IMG/VR virus record: IMGVR_UViG_3300038701_001735
Location: 1 to 47,017 of that record
Source of the DNA: a virus
Reading direction: 5' to 3' (one strand)
DNA: 47,017 bases
Shown here: piece by piece, positions 1-5,391 of the stretch
How the letters are laid out: every line of letters starts with the position of its first letter
Numbering within the stretch: position 1 is the stretch's first letter
The notes under the pieces: model-generated
Told to the model about the DNA's origin: nothing
What the model saw: the letters and a program-made list of their open reading frames with translations, nothing else
Database searches by the model: none
Position numbers and translations under genes: made by a program

Positions 1-127
1 TTCCGGTTCGACGGATCGCCCGCCCGCACCGCAGCTCCGACACGCGACCAGATCGAGGCCATCATCGCAGAGGCGCAGAGACGCGATCTGACGGGCTTCG
101 CAACCGGCCTGCTGTTCCAGTGGACAT
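1..127. repeat. Terminal overlap, identical to 46891..47017 (signature of circular assembly or terminal redundancy)
   Basis: Compared by eye: ttccggttcgacggatcgcc...ctgttccagtggacat occurs at both ends. Confidence 0.97.
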
Positions 128-639
128 ATGCCCTCAGAGCCGTTGACGTGCGCGGACAATGGCTGTCAGACCCCCATGGGGCGGGCGGCATCGCTCGGAA
201 CGGCAAGCGGTGGCAGGACGGCCTTACGTGGGACATGATTGCACCCGACATGCAGTCCTTCGCCAAGGTGATCAGCAAGACGACGCGATCCATGCCGGAA
301 CCCGCCGTCTATCCGATCACGCCGAAGATCCGCGAGGCGCTGTTGCAGACGCCGGCCGATCGCAGGACGGGGCCCATCATCCTGAACACCCACGGTGAAC
401 CCTATACCCGCGACGGATGGCATATCGCATGGCGCCGGCTGCGTGACGCGCTCGATCTGCCGAAGGAGTTGCAGGTTCGCGACGTGCGGGCAGGTGCGAT
501 CACCGAGGCCAAGCGCCTAGGTGCAGATCCCACCCTACTACGTGATGCGGCAGGACATGCCAGCATCGACATGACCACCCGCTATGCCCGTGACAGGGCG
601 CACGGAGCGGCGAACGTGATCAAGCTAAGGAATGTCTGA
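1..639 (+). CDS. int: Tyrosine integrase, C-terminal catalytic part (continuation of 46333..47017 through the overlap; 398 aa in total)
   Basis: Frame 1 is open from nt 1 to the TGA at 637..639. It contains ...TYALRAVDVRG..., ...VRDVRAGAITEA... and GHASIDMTTRYAR, matching the R...R...H...Y tyrosine-recombinase pattern. It lies next to attP. Confidence 0.9.
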   Translation, partial: FRFDGSPARTAAPTRDQIEAIIAEAQRRDLTGFATGLLFQWTYALRAVDVRGQWLSDPHGAGGIARNGKRWQDGLTWDMIAPDMQSFAKVISKTTRSMPEPAVYPITPKIREALLQTPADRRTGPIILNTHGEPYTRDGWHIAWRRLRDALDLPKELQVRDVRAGAITEAKRLGADPTLLRDAAGHASIDMTTRYARDRAHGAANVIKLRNV

Positions 640-878
640 TGCACATGAGCGGCGAAAAACCAATAAAACGGCACAAAGATGGAAGATACACCCACGGCAG
701 GACGCCATACCAGTGGCGGCGCGACAATGCTGCGGGTTGGAGGATTGGCTTTGGCTATTCATCCTACTTGGTCGCTAAAGGAAGTGGCGCCTCCATAGGC
801 GTCGGCATGAAGCTACTGCGAGACCTCCAGGGCGAATGGATGCACCGCCGCAAGGCAAGACGACCTATCAAGAAATGA
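639..878 (+). CDS. Hypothetical basic 79-aa protein (moron region between int and attP)
   Basis: ORF whose ATG overlaps the int stop (TGATG). Local GC is lower than in the rest of the genome. No recognisable motif. Confidence 0.35.
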   Translation: MHMSGEKPIKRHKDGRYTHGRTPYQWRRDNAAGWRIGFGYSSYLVAKGSGASIGVGMKLLRDLQGEWMHRRKARRPIKK

Positions 879-885
879 GGAACGT

Positions 886-1101
886 GTGATGAGCGGAGCA
901 ATCAAGAAATTCCAAGGCGAGAGAGAAACGCCTGGGTATTCTTTGTTTAACGATGAAGACGGTCCTTTTTGGTGGAAGGATTGCGCCACATCTGGTTGCA
1001 GCAACCAAGTCTGCACTTGGCTTTCAAATACACTATGCCACCCCTGCACAACAAAGACGGCCGCGCAGACCGTCAAGCAGGCCGACGCGCTCGAATCGTG
1101 A
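886..1101 (+). CDS. Hypothetical Cys-rich 71-aa protein
   Basis: A GAGG sits upstream of the ATG. The product contains C-x4-C ... C-x2-C (CATSGC..CHPC) and ends in ADALES. Confidence 0.4.
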   Translation: MMSGAIKKFQGERETPGYSLFNDEDGPFWWKDCATSGCSNQVCTWLSNTLCHPCTTKTAAQTVKQADALES

Positions 1102-1117
1102 ACACCGCCGCGCGCAT
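1084..1117. repeat. 34-bp direct repeat, copy 1 (gacgcgctcgaatcGtgaacaccgccgcgcgcat)
   Basis: 33 of 34 positions identical to 1290..1323. Spans a stop/start junction (..ADALES stop, then V/MNTAAR..). Confidence 0.9.
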
Positions 1118-1307
1118 CGAAGCCCTAGAGGCCGAAGTGTCCCGCCTCAAGCGCCTTATAGGCAGATACGCCATACACGTTGGCGACTGCGAAGGGACTT
1201 ATTTCCTATCCTACGCTGACGTTGGCGTGGATGACGAAAGCATTACAGAAGGCGAAGCCAGCGAGATCCAAAGCTACATTGATGCCGCGGACGCGCTCGA
1301 ATCATGA
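1098..1307 (+). CDS. Hypothetical acidic 69-aa protein (GTG start in a GTGA overlap with the preceding stop)
   Basis: Reads MNTAARIEALEAEVSRLKRL... with coiled-coil character and also ends in ADALES. Flanked by the 34-bp direct repeats. Confidence 0.4.
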   Translation: MNTAARIEALEAEVSRLKRLIGRYAIHVGDCEGTYFLSYADVGVDDESITEGEASEIQSYIDAADALES

Positions 1308-1323
1308 ACACCGCCGCGCGCAT
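1290..1323. repeat. 34-bp direct repeat, copy 2
   Basis: gacgcgctcgaatcAtgaacaccgccgcgcgcat. It recreates a stop/ATG junction followed by only a 23-codon ORF. Confidence 0.9.
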
Positions 1324-1325
1324 GA

Positions 1326-1360
1326 CACATCACGTCACATCCGCGCCCCTATGGCACATC
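1326..1360. repeat. Three direct CACATC motifs left of the attP core (candidate arm-type integrase sites)
   Basis: cacatc at 1326, 1336 and 1355. The inverted copies (gatgtg) lie right of the core. Confidence 0.45.
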
Positions 1361-1388
1361 CGGAAAATCTCCTAAGTCCTTGATTTTC

Positions 1389-1433
1389 TGGTACCGCCTG
1401 CCCGGTTCGAACGGGCGACCTCTTGATCCACAA
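1389..1433 (-). other. attP core: the 3' 45 nt of a tRNA-His(GUG) gene (anticodon loop to CCA). Not a complete tRNA.
   Basis: The reverse complement reads TTGTGGA (loop, anticodon GTG) - TCAAG - AGGTC - GCCCG TTCGAAC CGGGC (T arm) - AGGCGGT - A - CCA. The upstream sequence has no D arm and a mismatched 5' anticodon stem. Confidence 0.75.
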
Positions 1434-1472
1434 TCCAACGGGCGAAACCGGAAAAGCGCTGTGGATCAGGAG

Positions 1473-1493
1473 GATGTGACAATCAGCGATGTG
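1473..1493. repeat. Two GATGTG motifs right of the attP core, inverted relative to the left-arm CACATC copies
   Basis: gatgtg at 1473 and 1488. The segment ggatgtgac...gatgtgtcatg mirrors catgacacatc...tcacatcc at 1321..1342. Confidence 0.45.
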
Positions 1494-1516
1494 TCATGAT
1501 GCGGCGCTGTGTGAAA

Positions 1517-1552
1517 CCTGCCCCGTTCCCCGTCAAAGGGTTACGGGGCAGG
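1517..1552 (-). terminator. 10-bp perfect GC-rich hairpin after the last late-strand gene, with only a weak U tract
   Basis: cctgccccgt (16-nt loop) acggggcagg. On the minus strand it is followed by TTTCAC. Confidence 0.35.
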
Positions 1553-1564
1553 CTACGGTCAAGA

Positions 1565-1798
1565 TCATGTGAACCATCCATCTGCTAGGGCGTTACCGTC
1601 GCCACCTGCCTCGTTGACAATGCGCACGAAGGTCTCGCGGTCTGCGTCCAGAGGCACAACGGCTTCCTGCGCGGTCCAGACATCGTAGGGGCCTTGGAAC
1701 TCATCCTCTCCCGTGGTGTGGACGCAATCCCAATGCACCCGAACCACAGGGCCGATGACTTGGTAGATGGGGAGTTCCCAGCTTGCTGTTACTTGCAT
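1565..1798 (-). CDS. Hypothetical 77-aa protein
   Basis: AAGGAG lies 8 nt upstream of the ATG. Confidence 0.6.
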   Translation of the reverse strand: MQVTASWELPIYQVIGPVVRVHWDCVHTTGEDEFQGPYDVWTAQEAVVPLDADRETFVRIVNEAGGDGNALADGWFT

Positions 1799-2044
1799 GA
1801 TTGTTTCTCCTTGATGAGCGCCTTGGCTGTTTTTATAGCCGACAATGCGTCAATAGTCATGTGCTTGGACCACAGCGCTCGACCTTGACCGTGCTTGCAC
1901 CAACGCCAGTAAGACCCTGCTCCACCTACAATCTTGTGAGGGCTTAAACCTCCGCGCCATTATTCGCGTTACTGCTGACATGCACCACCTGTGATGCAGA
2001 GGTGGAATACACTAGAGATGTCACCCTATTCTGTTGCATCTATA

Positions 2045-3163
2045 TCACCAGCAGAGCCGCGCGCCGAAATCACGACTCGCAAAGCTCGCACCACCATTCG
2101 AACGCACGTAGAACGCACCCGCAACCGCGCCATCATTCGCACTACCGCCGACACGAACCACCCGCGACGCCGAGGCGGAGGCAAAGTGATAATCAGTCAA
2201 ATACGTGGTGGACGAACCTCCCGTATTATCGCCACTTAGAAAATAAGCGCCCGTTTTCAGGATGTTGCGGATAAAGCCAGAACTCGTAGGGAAGGACGAC
2301 GACACCAGCGTGTAGCCGGTAGTCGTGTCGTCAGCGAAGTCACGGTAGTCATTCGTGATGTGGACGTTGCCCGCAGAGTCTTCGTTGACGTTGATGCCGT
2401 CTGCCCACGTCCAAGTATTGCCATACCAGTTTTCGATGCCGCGATAGGACATGAACGCGGTGTCGCGTGTGGCGCTGGATGCGCCCGAGGTTGCGTCCGT
2501 CGAGGCATTGCCAAGGGAATTGGATTTGCCCGCTACGGAATGAGGGCTGTCGGTTTGGCTGGACGAAGATGCGACGTAGGACGCGCCCGTATTCCCATCC
2601 CCAAGGTTCGCCTGCGTGTTGAAGTCAGCGTATTCCACGAGGTAGAGCATCTGGATAGCCGACCAGAGCGCAAAGTCCAGTTGATGCCACCCCGTGCCGT
2701 TGTTCTCGGCCAGCGTTCGGCACTCGTCCCGCGTCACGCCCACCAGAGGATACACGCCAGACACCGACGCCAGCTTGTCATTGGCGAGGTCAAGGTTGCT
2801 GGCCATGTCGTCGAGGTTCAAGCCAGACTTGTAGGTGCTGTCTGTCGCGTCCAGATAACAGGCGTCGTAAGCGCCGATGTAGCGATAGTTCACCTCCACG
2901 CCCGCTTTTGTGAAGGCTGGATGCAAGGTGTAACCCGCCAAGGGAGTGGTTCTGATCTTCCAAGTGTTCAGCGGGCCAACGAGCGTATGCCGGTAATAAA
3001 ACTTCGGGATCTCAACCATGACATTGCCGTCAGTGCCGTCAATATTAGCCGCGCTGCCGTCCGCCTTCTCTGTGCTGTCGGAAGGATTGAGATAGTAGTT
3101 GACAGAGCCGTCTGCGTTCAGAACGCATCGCTTCATGTCTTCCCAAGGTGTATGCAAGCCCAT
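2045..3163 (-). CDS. Tail fibre / receptor-binding protein with an FGE/Mtd-like (C-type-lectin fold) C-terminus, 372 aa
   Basis: Start taken at MGLHTPWED with GGAG 8 nt upstream. Contains ..VEIPKFYY.., ..SYRGIENWYGNTWTWADGINV.. and the C-terminal ..RVGGSANDG..GAFYVRSNGG..SRDFGARLCW pattern typical of FGE-like/CLec receptor-binding domains. Confidence 0.65.
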   Translation of the reverse strand: MGLHTPWEDMKRCVLNADGSVNYYLNPSDSTEKADGSAANIDGTDGNVMVEIPKFYYRHTLVGPLNTWKIRTTPLAGYTLHPAFTKAGVEVNYRYIGAYDACYLDATDSTYKSGLNLDDMASNLDLANDKLASVSGVYPLVGVTRDECRTLAENNGTGWHQLDFALWSAIQMLYLVEYADFNTQANLGDGNTGASYVASSSSQTDSPHSVAGKSNSLGNASTDATSGASSATRDTAFMSYRGIENWYGNTWTWADGINVNEDSAGNVHITNDYRDFADDTTTGYTLVSSSFPTSSGFIRNILKTGAYFLSGDNTGGSSTTYLTDYHFASASASRVVRVGGSANDGAVAGAFYVRSNGGASFASRDFGARLCW

Positions 3164-3165
3164 AG

Positions 3166-3378
3166 TTATGCTCCATATGTGCTTTGAGTGTATGTATCTG
3201 CATTGCTGTCCCAAGTGACAACTGAAGTGTCCTCAGCATACAAAGACTGAGTGTATGTATCTGCATTGCTGTCCCAAGTGACAACTGAGGCATCTTCAGG
3301 CGCACCACCCCCGCCCGGACGCCGGCGGCCGAACAGAAACGGCGAGCCGCGCCGCGTCAGGAAAGGCGTCTCAGTCAT
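3166..3378 (-). CDS. Hypothetical 70-aa protein with an internal tandem duplication (E-D-x-SVVTWDSNADTYTQS, two copies)
   Basis: Its ATG overlaps the upstream stop (ATGACTGA). Its stop lies 2 nt before the fibre ATG. This is the only frame that reads both repeat copies identically. Confidence 0.5.
   Translation of the reverse strand: MTETPFLTRRGSPFLFGRRRPGGGGAPEDASVVTWDSNADTYTQSLYAEDTSVVTWDSNADTYTQSTYGA
3185..3288. repeat. Tandem 63-bp duplication containing two perfect 41-bp copies (3185..3225 and 3248..3288)
   Basis: tgagtgtatgtatctgcattgctgtcccaagtgacaactga occurs twice. Confidence 0.95.
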
Positions 3379-3667
3379 GGGATACGCTGACGATCGCGTT
3401 GCTGTCCTCGCACCATGCGTATACCCGCGCGACGGTGACGGCCTTGCTCAGATCCCCTTCATCGGCCGCCTGCCAGTTTTCAAGCGTCAGGCCTCCGTCG
3501 AACCCTGCTGCATTTGTCGGCGCGGACCCACCCGTTGCGACTGCCTTGAAGCGGACCTTGGCGTTTCCGAATACCTGGACCCGGATTCCCGACGCGATAT
3601 CGGCGCCATCGGTCAGTTCGGTCACGGTCCTTTGCGGGACTGCAACATGGTCTTCAAAAGCGGCCAT
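3371..3667 (-). CDS. Hypothetical 98-aa protein, first gene of the second fibre module
   Basis: GGAG lies upstream of the ATG. Translationally coupled to the next ORF. Confidence 0.6.
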   Translation of the reverse strand: MAAFEDHVAVPQRTVTELTDGADIASGIRVQVFGNAKVRFKAVATGGSAPTNAAGFDGGLTLENWQAADEGDLSKAVTVARVYAWCEDSNAIVSVSHD

Positions 3668-3878
3668 CGGGGATCTCCATTATTCCGGCGTTGGAAAGAG
3701 AAAACCACGCGCGAAGGCCTGTATTTCATGCACGAAGATGCCCTGGCCGGGGAACAGCCGACCAGGGCAGGGACAACAGCACGTCGCTGTGGGAGTGTCT
3801 GGGTTTCATCAAGCGCCAGACCGCTTGGGTTTCAGCCGTCCATCGGGATCGGCTATCCGGACCACCCGGATCGGAAAG

Positions 3879-4202
3879 TCAGCTCGTGTTTCGCACTCGC
3901 AAAAGGTGTTCGGAAATCGACGCCAGAACCTCGCGCGTTTCCTTCGCCGTGGCTTTCTGATCTTCGCGCATTTCCAGCATGGTCTGCCGAAGGATGGCGA
4001 ACTCCCGCTCCACATCCGTCTTTTTCACGGTGTCATCGCGCAAGGTATTTACGCGCTGGTGCAGCTCTTTTGTGTTCCTGTCCATTTCATCTTCCAGCCG
4101 ACGGATCATGCCAAGGATGCGCCAGAAGAACCCGGCAACGACGCCCGCGCAGAAGATCAGCGCAGTTAGCCCGGTTCCAATCAACCATTGAAAATCATCC
4201 AT
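3879..4202 (-). CDS. Membrane-anchored coiled-coil protein, 107 aa (lysis-associated?)
   Basis: N-terminal TM segment (LIGTGLTALIFCAGVVAGFFW) followed by a charged helical region. Lies directly after the spanin genes. Confidence 0.55.
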   Translation of the reverse strand: MDDFQWLIGTGLTALIFCAGVVAGFFWRILGMIRRLEDEMDRNTKELHQRVNTLRDDTVKKTDVEREFAILRQTMLEMREDQKATAKETREVLASISEHLLRVRNTS

Positions 4203-4204
4203 CG

Positions 4205-4438
4205 TTACCCCCTACATGTGCCGGTAAGAAAATCATCGGTATCTGCAATCCACATCGCCCAAGGTCCAGGCGGGAGGGCTGCATCTGGCATCTGCGCGCG
4301 GGCCTCTGCATAGGCGAAGCACCCGGCGTCACCAGGAACCGTCATTCCGGCGCAGGCGCTCGTCAGGAGGCATATCACGCCCATCAAGCATCCGCTTGCG
4401 ACCCTCGACCACGCGGCGGGCGGCTTCATCTTTCGCAT
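4205..4438 (-). CDS. Putative o-spanin (outer-membrane lipoprotein), overlapping the i-spanin gene in another frame
   Basis: MRKMKPPAAW..CLMGVICLLTSAC is a signal peptide plus a lipobox-like LTSAC. The mature part is Pro-rich. The architecture is Rz/Rz1-like and overlapped. Confidence 0.5.
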   Translation of the reverse strand: MRKMKPPAAWSRVASGCLMGVICLLTSACAGMTVPGDAGCFAYAEARAQMPDAALPPGPWAMWIADTDDFLTGTCRG

Positions 4439-4544
4439 CTTGCTCGATCCTTTCGCGTTCTGCCTTGCGCACGTTGCGCAGGACGATCCAGCCCACGACG
4501 CAGACGACGACAAGGCCGATGGCTGCGTTGATCAGGTCGGTCAT
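4329..4544 (-). CDS. Putative i-spanin (type II membrane protein), 71 aa
   Basis: ATGA overlap with the holin stop. N-terminal TM segment (AAIGLVVVCVVGWIVL) followed by a charged coiled coil. Confidence 0.55.
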   Translation of the reverse strand: MTDLINAAIGLVVVCVVGWIVLRNVRKAERERIEQDAKDEAARRVVEGRKRMLDGRDMPPDERLRRNDGSW

Positions 4545-4729
4545 TTCTGCGCCCGGAAGCTGACCGGCTTCGTCGTGTCGAAGCGCAAGATCATGTTGAT
4601 GATCGTGAAGGCCGCGACTACGTAGGGCTGCCAATCGGCCGGGACAACATCGACCAGTGCCTCAAGGATGCCCGCGATCAACCCGGCAAGGTTGAAAAGG
4701 ACCATTCTGGATTTCCAGATCGGTTTCAT
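4541..4729 (-). CDS. Putative holin, 62 aa with two TM segments
   Basis: ATGA overlap with the endolysin stop. TM segments are MVLFNLAGLIAGILEALV and WQPYVVAAFTIINMIL. Confidence 0.6.
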   Translation of the reverse strand: MKPIWKSRMVLFNLAGLIAGILEALVDVVPADWQPYVVAAFTIINMILRFDTTKPVSFRAQK

Positions 4730-5391
4730 GGTCTGCCTCCTGTCAAGTATGCCCAGAGGCGCGCCAGAGCCGCCCAGACGCCCGGTGTGGGCCTTTCCTC
4801 GACCCAAGGGGCCGGTGATGCCTGCGGGGCCTCTACGGGCGCTCTGTTGCCCAAGAGGCTGTCCACCTGTTCGCGGATATCCACGCGCACCGCGCTCGAC
4901 CAATCCGGCGTGTAGGTGCGATGCAGGCGGGTGTATTCCGTAACCTTCCCGCTGCCCGACCATTTGCCGTAAAAGAACAGATCGCGCTCTGCCTTCCGGC
5001 GCGGGATGATTTCGGCAGGCTTGCGCCAATTCATGATCGAGGCGCGGGCGGCAACCGTGTCACCGGCCTTCCATTGCTTCACCCACGTTGCCTTGTGGAT
5101 CGACCCCGTGTTCCAGTGGAACGACAGCGCGGCCGCGAATTGCGCTTCCGTCAGATCGTGACCGCGAAAGGCGTCCCGAACGTCCTTGGCGTATTTCTCC
5201 AAGACCCAGAGCCAGATTTCGACGCACTTCTCCATCGGGACCGGGTTGCCCTTGTATCGCCCGACCGAATGCCCCGAGGCGTCCGTCAGTCCAAAGCCCC
5301 ATGTCCAGACACCCACGCTGTCGCGATAGGCTTGGCGAACAACTCCCTCGTGATGGGCGACTTCAAGGGCGGTGCGTGTGGTGATTTGCAT
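4726..5391 (-). CDS. Endolysin, GH24 (T4/lambda-type lysozyme)
   Basis: HHEGVVRQAYRDSVGVWTWGFG matches the EG-x5-Y-x-D-x2-G-x2-T-x-G-x-G catalytic motif. Confidence 0.85.
   Translation of the reverse strand: MQITTRTALEVAHHEGVVRQAYRDSVGVWTWGFGLTDASGHSVGRYKGNPVPMEKCVEIWLWVLEKYAKDVRDAFRGHDLTEAQFAAALSFHWNTGSIHKATWVKQWKAGDTVAARASIMNWRKPAEIIPRRKAERDLFFYGKWSGSGKVTEYTRLHRTYTPDWSSAVRVDIREQVDSLLGNRAPVEAPQASPAPWVEERPTPGVWAALARLWAYLTGGRP

Noticed and set aside
1319-1334. A 14-15-nt exact match between the attP left arm (gcatgacacatcacg) and 27294..27308 in the terS-terL gap, as evidence for a shared binding protein
   Set aside because: In a 47-kb sequence, one or two exact 15-mers shared by chance on either strand are expected. 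The match is noted inside the relevant findings but is not treated as independent evidence.
1389-1470. A functional tRNA-His gene
   Set aside because: Only the 3' 45 nt are tRNA-like. The sequence where the D arm and 5' acceptor strand should be does not fold or match, and the 5' anticodon stem has a mismatch. I interpret it as the attP core instead.
1800-3163. Possible diversity-generating retroelement associated with the CLec-like fibre
   Set aside because: No reverse-transcriptase ORF (no YxDD-type motif) occurs anywhere in the window. There is no Avd-like gene, and I could find no second copy of the fibre 3' end that could serve as a template repeat. Only the target-like protein is present.
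4541-5029. Long 5' extensions of several ORFs in the track: the holin ORF to 5029, the fibre ORF to 3214, the o-spanin ORF to 4513, the i-spanin ORF to 4634, the T5orf172 ORF to 36677, the scaffold ORF to 22840 and the exo-overlapping recT ORF from 41452
   Set aside because: The extensions overlap the preceding well-supported gene in another frame. Internal starts give ATGA/GTGA/TGATG coupling or a proper SD, so the shorter coordinates were used.
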